Source: Chiloscyllium plagiosum (lineage: Eukaryota). Taken from it: a stretch of DNA of 45,450 nt. Of the stretch, positions 25,203 through 36,249 are shown in pieces. Position numbers and translations under genes: made by a program. The stretch is taken from NCBI RefSeq assembly GCF_004010195.1, contig NC_057728.1:45964229-46009678 (forward strand). Reading direction: 5' to 3'. Numbering within the stretch: the first letter of the stretch is position 1; every line of letters starts with the position of its first letter. The notes below the pieces were generated by a model. That model made no database searches. It was not told the origin of the DNA and worked only from the letters and a program-made list of their open reading frames with translations.

Positions 25203-28170
25203 TAAGAACATAAGAACGAGGAGCAGGAGTAGGCCATCTGGCCCTTCGAGCCTGCTCCACCACTCAATGAGATCATGGCTAATCTTTTCATGGACTCAGC
25301 TCCACTTACCCACGTTTTCACCATATCCCTTAATTCCTTTATATTTCAAAAAGTTATTTACCTTAGTTTTAAAAGTGATTACTGAAGTAGTGTCAACTAC
25401 TTCCCTAGGTAAGGAATTCCACTGATTAACAACCCTCTGGGTGAAGAAGTTCCTTCTCAGTTCAATTCTAACCCTGCTTCCTCCAATCTTGAGGCCATGT
25501 CCTCTTGTCCTAGTTTCACCTGCCAGTGGAAACATCCTATCAATTTCTATTTTATCTATTCCCTTCATAATTTTATATGTTCCTATAGATCCCTCCTCAT
25601 TCTTCTGAATTCCAATGAATACAATCCCAAACTACTTAACGTCACCTCATAAGTCAACCCCCTCAACTCCGGAATCAACCTAGTGAACCTCCTCTGCATC
25701 CCCTCCAGTGCCAGTACATCCTTTCTTAAGTAAGGAGATCAAATATGCACATAGTCCTCTAGATGTGGCCTTGTACAGCTGCAATATTACCTCTCTGTTT
25801 TTAAACTTAACCCCTTTAGCAATGAAGGACAAAATTCCATTTGCCTTCCTAATTACTTGTACCTGCAGACTAACCTTCTGCGATTCTTGCACAACGGCAC
25901 CCAGGTGCCTCTGCAAATTAGCATTCTGCAACTTTTTAACATTCAACTAATAATCTATTTTGCTGTTATTCTTACCAAAATGGATGACTTCACATTTACT
26001 AACATTGTATTCCATCGACCAGACCTTTGCCCACTCACTCAATGTATCTATATTCCTCTGCAAAGTTTCACAGTCCTCTGCACACTTTGCTCTACCAATC
26101 ATCTTAGTGTCATTGGCAAATTTTGACACCATGCACATGGTCCCCAACTCCAAATCATCTATATAAATTGTAAATAATTGTAGTCCCAACACCGATCCCT
26201 GAGGCACACCACTAGTCACTGATTGCCAGCCAGAATAGCACTCATTTATCCCCACTGTTTGCTTCCTGTTAGTCAACCAATCCTCTGTCCACACTAATAG
26301 TCTATCCCTAATGCCATGCAGCAGCCTCATGTGCGGCACCTTGTCAAAGGCCTTTTGGAAATCTAGGTACATCACATCCACTGGATCCCTGTTGTCCACC
26401 TTGCTTGAAATATCTTCATAGAATTCCAAAAGATTTGTGAAGCATGACCTGCCCTTCATGAACCCATGCTTCATCTGTACAACAGGACAATTTCTTTCGA
26501 GATGTGCTGCTATTTCTTCCTTGATCATAGATTCAAGCATCTTCCCCACTGCAGAGGTTAAGCTCACCAGTCTATAATTTCCCCATATTTTGTCTACTGC
26601 TCTTTTTAAATAGTGGCATCACATTTGCTATTTTCCATCCTGCTGGGACTGCCCCAGAATCCAGCGAATTTTGGAAAATTATCGCCAGTCCATTTGTTAT
26701 TTCTCCCACCATCTCCTTTAGTATTCTGGGATGCATTCCATCAGGGCCAGGAGACTAATCTCTTCTTAGCTCCATTAGCACACCCAACACTAACTCTTCC
26801 ATAATAATAATTGTTTCCAGGTCCTCACCTACCTTCATCTCTTTGTCAATTACTGGCATGTTATTAGTCACCTCCACTGTGAAGACCGATGCCAAATGCC
26901 TGTTCAGTGCCTCGGCCGTTTCATCATATCCCATAACTAACTGCCCCTTCTTATCCCCTAAAGGACCAACATTTACTTAAACCACTCTTCTTCGTTTTAT
27001 ATGTTTATAGAAACTCTTGCTATCCATCCTTATATTCTGTGCTAGTTTTTTCTCATACTCTATCTTACTTTTCTTTATAGCTCTTTTTGTGGCTTTCTGT
27101 TGACCTTTAATGTTTTCCCAATCTTCTAGATTCCTGCTGTTTTTGACCACATTGTATGCCTTCTCTTTCACTTTGATAGCCTGCCTTATTTCCCGAGACA
27201 CCCATGGCAGAATACTCCTCTTCTTACAGTCCTTCCTTCTCACCGGAATATACTTCTGCTGAGCATATTGAAAAAACCGCTTGAAAATTCTCCACTGCTC
27301 ATCAACTGTCACACCATAAAGTTTCTGTTTCCAGTCTACTTTAGCCAGGTCCTCCATCATTCTATCATAGTCACCCTTATTCAACCTTTTAACCCTGGTA
27401 TTGGATTTTATCTTCACACTCTCCAACTGTATTCTAAATTCAACCATACTGTGATCGCTCCTTCTAGGATGATACCTGACAACTACTTGTCTTTTTGCTC
27501 CTCCCTCTTGAATGGCCTTCTGTACCATGATGCCATAGTCAGCTGGCTCATCCTGACCACAGCCCTTTCTCTCATCCATACAGGGAGAAGTATCTTATAC
27601 CTGTTGGATAAAGTCAAAAGCTGAGGCTCCTCCATTCTGACCTCAGGATCCCCCTACCTGCCTCACTTACAGTCACACCCTGTTGGACCTGATCACTGAT
27701 TTTGAAATACTTAATCTACCGGGTGTGACTGCTTCCTGAAACAAAACGCCCAGGTAACTCTCCCCCTCCTGGATGTGCCGCAGTGCTTGAAGTTCAGATT
27801 CCAGATCATCAACTCTGAGCCAGAATTCCTCCAGCAACCAACACTTGCTGCAGATGTGGTTGTACACAATGGGATCAGTCAGCTCCCCCATCATACAGCT
27901 ACAGCACACTACCTACCCAGCCATATATACCTACTTAATTAACATATACAAATTTGAGTTAAATAATTTCTGGTACTTCTCTGCTATGGTCTTATTCAAT
28001 TAACCAATTAATAGAAGATAAAAAAAACATAATTTGTTTACCAATCAACTTACCTTATCAACCCACTACAGAGTCCTTTTCTTGGTGAGAGGAGGAGGGT
28101 GGGTGGGAGACATTACACGTGCAGTGTCTCGGATTCAGCCGTTGCCCAAATATATTGCCAGCAGCCACTG
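25203..28170 (-). mobile_element. CR1 LINE with 5' end and internal deletions (ORF1 zinc finger, RT, 3' tail)
   Basis: ORF1 CCSCMM...HICSKC plus coiled coil (27673-27909); linker ORF 26977-27579; RT ORF 25947-26567 (YLDFQKAFDKVPH, GVPQGSVLG, FANDTK); C-terminal fragments; TAAGAACA tail repeat. Confidence 0.92.
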
Positions 28171-29527
28171 GTATTCACCTCTGCCTCTGCTCCTGTAAAA
28201 TGACAAGCCATGATGCTCGAGATAAATTTTTAAATTTTGTGTCCCTATTTCTTGTGATTCTCTTTGCAAAGGTTGTACAGTAATATCACAATCTTGAAAC
28301 TGACCAAAAGAAATTAAAATGGATCATAAACTGTGGATGCTGGAAATCTGAAACAAAAACAATGCTCAAAAAACATAACAGATCTGAGTAGCATATGTGA
28401 AAAAAAACACAAAAGTTAACATTCAAAATGTTAACTGTTTTTCTCTGCAGCTGTTGCCAGATCTCCTGCACTCTGTTTTTGTTTCAAAATTGATTATGTT
28501 CTCTCGTAATATGATCTGTGTTTGGGTATTGAATGTTTGTAGAACATCAATACATTTAATAGCCTTGATTGATTAGAATATCCAGCACAAAAATATATGA
28601 TTCAACACAACTGGTTCCACATGAGCTTCCTCCCATCCTTCTTCATTTAACCTTACCAGCATAAACTTCTCCTCTCCAAACATGCATCTATACTGTTTGC
28701 CTCATCTACTCCTTGTGGTAATGTGATCCACATGCTTACTGGAGATGTTGCTCCTGAAATCCTCCTGAAATGATTGTAATAGATTATCTCCACATCTTTC
28801 CCATAGGTGGAACATCCATTTACATTTGTTCATGTCTTCCCTGCTTGCTGCTGCTTCATTCTGAGCTCTTTTCTTGGCAGTATTTCTCCCCCAACTAATG
28901 GTTTACCATTGCCCTCCATTCTTGGGACAAAGCAAGGAGGGAGATCTCAAGTCAATTTCATCTGAAATTGTAATCAAATCCACAATGTTGGCTTGTTCTG
29001 AACTACTTACTAGCTAAAAGAGCTAGTCACATCTACCCTTTTAATTCTTTTCAAATGAGTCCATTAGGTCATACCTTAGCCTCAGTTTTGAAGGAAAGAG
29101 ACTGAGCCTTTTCAAGCTTTCCTGACAACTATAACATTTTAGTTCTGGCAGCAGCATCATAAATCTTTTCGCATCTTCTCCAGTGCCTCTATCTCTTAGA
29201 GTCATAGAGATGTACAGCATGGAAACAGACCCTTCGGTCCAACCTGCCCATGAAGACTAGGTATCCCAACCCAATCTAGTCCCGCCTGCCAGCACACGGC
29301 CCACATCCCACCAAACCTCTTCTATCATATACCCATCCCGATGCCTTTTAAATGTTGCAATTGGACCAGCCTCCACCACTTCCTCTGACAGCTCATTCCA
29401 TACACGTACCACCCTCTGCATGGGTCTCTTTTATATCTTTCCCCTCTCACCCTAAACCTATGCCCTCTAGTTCTGAACTCCCCCGTCCCAGGGAACAGAT
29501 CTTGTCTATTTGTTCTATTCATGCCCC

Positions 29528-30225
29528 TGTTACGGGGCAAACCCTCCAGCTTAATTTAAAACCAGCAACACAGAAAAGATTTAATTCATGCAGTAATCTG
29601 TAAAAATTTGAGTGGTTAAGAACTATATAAAGTAAAAAATTAACAACTTTTTTTTCTTAAAGTATAACAGAGAATAATTAGTAAACATTTACAATTCTTT
29701 CCTCTGATCTTTTACTTTCCCTTCTATAATACTAGTATGATAAAACTCCCAAGTAAGATTTACAGAAAATTCAAATTTTAAAACCAGCCAGAGTTCGAAT
29801 CTTCTCTTTATCTTCATCGGGAGATTGGCTCCCCAGGTCAGTGTTGAGGTTTATCTGGGTGCAAACTTCTTCTGTAGAAGATACCTCTCAGAGAGTTCTG
29901 ACTAGCAGTCTACAGCTGTTGGTCTTGTGGCAGTTCTCCTCCCAATCGTTCAATTTTTCCCAGTCTTATACCCCAAAGCATCAGATTGTGTCATTAGCTT
30001 TTAGGATTGTCAATATACTCAATTCAAACTTGATTGGAATTTGGTATTTTTCAGGGCATAATGTAAACTGCTTGGCCTAATTTGAATCTGTTTTGTCATT
30101 TCCAGGCAACCAGCTACTCAGTAGCTGGACAACAAGTTACATTGTGCCTTATTGAGAACACTTGGTGCTGCCACTGCTAGATTTTAACTCTCTTAAAAGT
30201 ACAGGACACCCACACATTCATAATA
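29528..30225. mobile_element. solo LTR (about 698 bp)
   Basis: TGTTA...TAATA termini (one mismatch from a TGTTA/TAACA inverted pair); 4-bp TSD CCCC at 29524-29527 and 30226-30229; cleanly interrupts the CR1. Confidence 0.8.
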
Positions 30226-30350
30226 CCCCTCATGATTTTATAAGCCTCTATAAAGTCATCCCTCAGCCTCTGATGCTCCAAACAAAACAGACCCAGCCTA
30301 TTCAACTTCTCCCTATAACCCAAATCCTCCAACTCTAGCAACATCCTTGT

Positions 30351-32680
30351 AGGGTGCTGGAAGACTGGAGGTTGGCTAATGTGGTGCCACTGTTTAAGAA
30401 GGGTGGTAAGGAGAAGCCAGGGAACCATCGACCAGTGAAACTTACGTCAGTGGAAGGCAGGTTGTTGGAGGGAATCCTGAGGGACAGGAGGTACATGTAT
30501 TTGAAAAGACAAGGACTGATTAGGGATAGTCGACATGAATTTGTGCATGGGAAATCACATCTCACAAACTTGACTGAGTTTTTTGAGGAAGTAACAAAGA
30601 GGATTGATGCGGGCCGAGAGGTAGATGTGATCTATATGGACTTAGTAAGGCGTTCTACAAGGTTTCCCATGGGAGATAGTCAACATGGCTTTGTGCATGG
30701 GAAATCATGTCTCACAAACTTGATTGAGTTTATTGAAGTAGTAACAAATAGGATTGATGAGGGCAGAGTGGTAGATGTGATCTATATGGACTTCAGTATG
30801 GAATTTGATAAGGTTCCCATTGGGAAACTGGTTAGTAAGGTTAGATCTCACGGAATACAGGGAGAACTAGCCATTTGGATACAGAACTGGCTCAAAAGTG
30901 GAAGACAGAGGGTGGTGGTGGAGGGTTGTTTTTCAGACTGGAGACTTGTGACCAGTGGAGTGCCACAAGGATTGGTGCTGGGACCGCTACTTTTTGTTAT
31001 TTACATAAATGATTTGGATGTGAGTATAAGAGGTATAGTTAGTAAGTTTGCAGATGACACCAAAATTGGAGGTGTAGTGGGCAGTGTTACCTCTGATTAC
31101 AACAGGATCTTGACCAGATGGGCCAATGGGCTGAGAAGTGGCAGATGGAGTTTAATTCAGATAAATACAAGGTGCTGCATTTTGAGAAAGTAAATCTTAG
31201 CAAGACTTATACACTTAATGGTAAGGTCCTAGGGAGTGTTGCAGAACAATGAGACCTTGGAGTGCAGGTTCATAGCTCCTTGAAAGTAGAGTTGCAGGTA
31301 GATAGGATAGTGAAGAAGGTGTTTGGTATGCTTTCCTTTATAGGTCAGAGTATTGAGTACAGGAGTTGGGAGGTCATTTTGCGGCNNNNNNNNNNNNNNN
31401 NNNNNNNNNNNNNNNNNNNNNNNNNNNNNNNNNNNNNNNNNNNNNNNNNNNNNNNNNNNNNNNNNNNNNNNNNNNNNNNNNNNNNNNNNNNNNNNNNTAA
31501 GGAATTTGATAAGGTTCCCCATGGGAAACTGGTTAGTAAGGTTAGATCTCACGGAATACAGGGAGAACTAGCTATTTGGATACAGAACTGGCTCAAAGGT
31601 AGAAGACAGAGGGTGGTTGTAGAGGATTGTTTTTCAGACTGGAGGCCTGTGACCAGTGGAGTGCCACAAGGATCTTTGCTGGGTCCACTACATGTCGTCA
31701 TTTACATAAATGATTTGGATGCGAGCATAAGAGGTATAGTTAGTAAGTTTGCAGATGATACCAAAATTGGAGGTGTAGTGGACAGCCAAGTGGGTTACCT
31801 TTGGCTACAACAGGATCTTGACCAGATGGGCCAATGGGCTGAGAAGTGGCAGATGGAGTTTAATTCAAATAAATGCGAGGTGCTGAATTTTGGAAAAGCA
31901 AATCTTCACAGGACTTATACACTTAACGGTTAGGTCCTAGGAAGTATTGCTGAACAAAGAGACCTTGGAGTGCAGGTTCATAGCTCCTTGAAAGTGGAGT
32001 CGCAGGTAGATAGGATAGTGAAGAAGGTGTTTGGTGTACTTTCCTTTATTGGTCAGAGTATTGAGTATGGGAGTTGAAAGGTCATGTTGCGGCTGTAAAG
32101 GACATTCGTTCGACCACTATTGGAATATTGCGTGCAATTCTGGTCTCCTTCTTATTGGAAAGATGTTGTGAAACTTGACAAGATTCAGAAAAGATTTACA
32201 ATGAAACTGTTGCTAGTGTTGGAGGATCTGAGCTATAGGGAGAGGCTGAACAAGCTGGGTTGTTTTACCTCGAGTATCGGAGGCTGAGGGGTGACCTTAT
32301 AGATGTTTACAAAATTATGAGGGGCATGGATAGGGTAAATAGGGTAAACAAAGTCTTTTCCCTGGGGTGGGGGAGTCCAGAACTGGAGGGCATAGGATTA
32401 GGGTGAGAGGGGAAAGATATAAAAGAGACCTAAGGGGCAACTTTTTCACGCAGAGGGTGGTACATTTATGGAATGAGCTGCCAGAGGAAGTGGTGGAGGC
32501 TAATACAATTCCAACATTTAAAAGGCATTTGGATGGGTATATGAATCAGAAGGGTTTGGAGGGATGTGGGCCGGGTGCTGGCAGGTGGGACTAGATTGGG
32601 TTGGGATAGCTGGTCGGCATGGATAGGTTGGATCGAAGGGTCTGTTTCCGTGCTATACATCCCTATGACTCTATGACTCT
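30351..32680 (+). mobile_element. CR1 LINE ORF2 (RT) to 3' tail, with internal duplications and a gap
   Basis: EDWRLANVVPLFKKG, GVPQG, FADDTK and C-terminal RGNFFTQRVVHLWNELP; (CTATGACT)n tail. Confidence 0.93.
31386..31497. other. assembly gap (112 N)
   Basis: Run of N in the sequence. Confidence 0.99.
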
Positions 32681-33547
32681 AAGTCTTTTCTGAACTCTTT
32701 CAAGTTTCACAACATCTTCATTCTAAGATGAAGTCTACAGCTGTGAAAGTACTTAAAATGTAGGTTAACCAATGTTCTAAAACTTTGACAAAAATCTAAG
32801 AATAATTCAAATTACTTTTGAATGAAGTAACATAAATTAGCTTAATCCTTTTCTTGATGTGAAGCAGTTAGCTTGAAGAATGGGTTGTGTGAATCTACTA
32901 TTTAATTGTCTCAGTCAAGTGTATACTTTTATACAAAAGCAAGTCATTTTAATATAATAATCAAATTCTAAATAAAAAAAACTGTTTGGCAAATAGACAG
33001 TTGTCTGCTAAGGAGTATTTGCATTTATGTATTATACTTAGTGAGATATCACCCCTGTGGAACTCAAATAGACAGAGACAGACTTAAAGTCAATAGGGGT
33101 GTACAACAATCTGTGCAGGGATGCTATGAAGCATGAAAATGTGTTGTAATTCCAAATTAAAACTCAATTAGTGGTAGAGGAGTAATGAAGGAATAGAATG
33201 AGTTTTATGAAAATTATAATCCCATTTCTTGCTGAGGTAATTCATTATTCAACTTGCAGCAAAGTAAGGAGCATACAACATTACTTATTTAATGCATAAG
33301 TATTATCTGAAACCCATGTCCTATTGATTCTCAACAGGAGAAAATTTTAAGACTGGCAAGTTTAGAAGGCAAGTTATTGGTTAAGGTGGATCCCAAATGC
33401 TTTCTTAACAGCAAACTGCCAACTCAACGCAGCCAGAGGAATAATTTTGAAAGTTCCTTGGTTTATGCGACTTATCACCAGACTACAACTACTTGCACTG
33501 CACATTGGATAAGATGGTTACTTTTGAAAATGTGCAGTTGTTTTCAG

Positions 33548-33624
33548 GAATATGTTATGTTCGAGAAGATATTTCTTTCCTTCTTGGTTCCACTTCACAG
33601 TACAGCGTGACCGTTAAGTGGTAA
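33548..33624 (+). pseudogene. candidate exon G, possibly the last coding exon (GICYVREDISFLLGSTSQYSVTVKW*)
   Basis: Acceptor 'gttgttttcag'; phase 1 is open to TAA 33622-33624, or to a TG|gtaaag donor after 33620. Confidence 0.5.
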
Positions 33625-33854
33625 AGAGATGTCACTAGCAGATTATAGCAGTGGAAATGGAAGGAGGAGTCCAGTTTTGTCTGTGTCAGCTCAGCAGATT
33701 GTCCTCCTGCCATTGGATCAAAAAAAGGCAATGCCATTCCAGGGGCATGATGACCTCAAAGTACATCTCAGCTCCAATTCTCTGTACCCTAGATGATTGC
33801 CATTTTCCTCATCATTCCATATCACTTCAATGAGAGCACACTGTACTTTCAATT

Positions 33855-34132
33855 AATAAAACCAAATTACTGCAGATGCTGGAATCTGAAACCAAAAGAG
33901 AAAATGCTGGAAAATCTCAGCAGGTCTGGCAGCATCTGCAAGGAGAGAAAAGAGCTGAGCCTTTGAGTCTAACTGACCCTTTGTCAAAGCTCCTAGTACA
34001 AATACCTCCCTATTTCTCCCCCCAACGTTTTTTAGCTTTGACAAAGGGTCAGTTAGACTCGAAACGTCAGCTCTTTCCTCTCCTTACAGATGCTGCCAGA
34101 CCTGCTGAAATTTTCCAGCATTTTCTCTTTTG
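33855..34132. mobile_element. fold-back Penelope-derived element (second subfamily) with 15-bp TSD
   Basis: TSD ACTGTACTTTCAATT at 33840-33854 and 34133-34147; arms about 33894-33990 and 34035-34131 are inverted; variant core TTGACAA-AGGGTC(agtta)GACTC-GAAACGTC. Confidence 0.85.
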
Positions 34133-35469
34133 ACTGTACTTTCAATTGCTTGGTTTTTCACTGCAGCACATAGTGTTGTAACTCAACAGGTCAAGAAAAG
34201 CTACTTCAATAGCTCGTTAAAGGTCGAATTATCTTTCCCTGAAGAATGGTGAAATGGGATCCAGTGCTAACTGTGTACACCTGCTTATCTCTCCAACTCT
34301 AAATCTTCTGCTGTCTCCATGGAGAATGACACATTTCATGTCTACTTAGGGTTGAAATGGAATACTTAATATCTCAGTTTCCACAATACAGACAGGAACA
34401 TCCCAAATGCTGTAATGAAAGCTCAGACTGAAGTCAGAGCTGGTACTTATTGTAAATCTGATCCTTATGATGACTGTCGTAGTATCAATATTGCTGTCAT
34501 TCACGTTTTTTGAGACACACCCAGAGATTTTGAGATCATCGGGGCTCAACTAATAACCCTTCTGGAAATTTTCACTTTGTGCACTCCCCAGTGGCTGTCT
34601 TACTGGGCCTGGTGCTCCTACATAGTGCTACTTCAGTGGCTGCAAAAAGTGGCACTTACTGTGGAAGACAGCGAATAGTCTTGAAAGACTCCTTTCACCT
34701 CAACCGGGTCTCAAGGACTTGACGTTAATTAGGCTGCACCACTGACATGGGGTAGGAGATCTGAACTAATTGGCTGAGGGACAACTGCATGGTGGAATTG
34801 GAGTAATGGGTGAAAGCACTGGGAGCACAGACACGGTCATCCTGAAGCTCGATGAAGTCACTGCTATTGCCTATGGGTCGTAACCCTAGTAAATCTGTTG
34901 GAGCACACAGATATCTGGATCGCTGTGTCAGCCTGAAAGTTCACTTGAATACTGGTATCTGCAGCTATGTTGGGAGCAGAATAAATCTGCATGCTGACAG
35001 CTGGGCTGGCATTGCCAAAAGAGTCAATCTCATTACTTCAATGTGAACTTTCACTCAGACACGAGGGACCTTCATGCTTGTGCTACAATGGAAGCTGCTG
35101 CATTAACCACTAGATACTGCATTACAGCTGTGTCTGCTGGTTCTGCCATAGATTTGGCTGAAAGAAAGAATAAACTCCAAGTGCTGCACAAAACTATGTG
35201 CCAGGTTTGACAGAACTCTGCCTTTCTTCCTGACAGTGCCAACATGCTAGCCTGCCAATGGACCAAGCATCTTGGCATGCATACACTCGGATATTCTCCT
35301 CTGTGCAGCCTCTCATTGGATAGTCCTGCAGGCAGAGTCATCTGCAAAGCTGCCCTCCAATCAACTGGTATTCAGAATCATAGCAGCCAACTCAGTCCTG
35401 TCAACCTTCCAAGTCCTTCTTACTCACATCTGGGGCAAGTGCAAACGTTGGGAGAGCTGTCTCACTGAC

Positions 35470-35788
35470 TAGATTAGATTAGATTCCCTACAGCGTGGAA
35501 ACAGGCCCTTCAGCCCAACCAGTCAACGCCGACCCTCTGAAGAGTAACCCACCCAGACCAATTTTCCCTCTGACTAATGCAATAACACTACGGGCAATTT
35601 AGCATGGCCAATTCACCTGACCTGCACATCTTTGGATTGTGGGAAGAAACCGGAGCACCCAGAGGAAACCCATGCAGTCATGGGGAGAATGTGCAAACTC
35701 CACACAGACAGTTGCCCATGGCTGGAATTGAATCTGGGACCCTGGTGCTGTGAGGCAGCAGTGCTAACCACTGTGCCACCGTGCCACC
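35470..35788 (-). mobile_element. HE1-like tRNA SINE, full length
   Basis: Reverse complement has a GGTGGCACGGTGGCACAGTGG head and (AGATT)n tail; short ACTAG duplication at the flanks. Confidence 0.9.
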
Positions 35789-35811
35789 TAACTAGTTAAG
35801 CAATAGTTAAT

Positions 35812-36220
35812 ATAGAGTCATGGAGACATATAGCATGGAAACAAACACTTTGGTCCAGCGCGTGCATGCTGACCAGAAGTCATAATCTGATTTAGGACCA
35901 TTTACCAGCATTTGGCCCATATTTTTCAAAATCTTTCCTATTCGTGTACACGTTCACATGCCTTTTAAAATGTTGTAATTGTACCAGCCCCGACAACCTC
36001 CTTGGTAGCCTGTTCTATACATGCACCATTCAAATCCCTTTTAAATCTTTCCCCTCTCACCTTATATCTATGCCCTCTAGTTTTGGACTCTCCCACCTTA
36101 GGAAAAAAGACCTTTGCTATTCACTGTATCCATGCCCCTCATGAATTTATAAATCTTTGTAAGGTCACTCCCCAGCCTCTGATGCTCCATGGAGAAAAGC
36201 CCCAGCCTATTCAGCCTCCC
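35812..36220 (-). mobile_element. CR1 3' fragment
   Basis: Collinear with the 5371-5800 and 29198-29527 copies. Confidence 0.85.
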
Positions 36221-36249
36221 TATCACTCATTGTCTATGAAGTTCTGTGA

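Larger units (their letters stand above)
29198..32725 (-). mobile_element. CR1 3' fragment split into 29198-29527, 30230-30350 and 32681-32725 by nested insertions
   Basis: The pieces rejoin collinearly with the 5371-6070 copy ('atgcccc|tcatg', 'catccttgta|agtcttttctgaa'). Confidence 0.82.

Noticed and set aside
30354..31193. 279-aa ORF as a functional reverse transcriptase gene
   Set aside because: It is a 5'-truncated CR1 ORF2 with an internal duplication and frameshifts, and no endonuclease.
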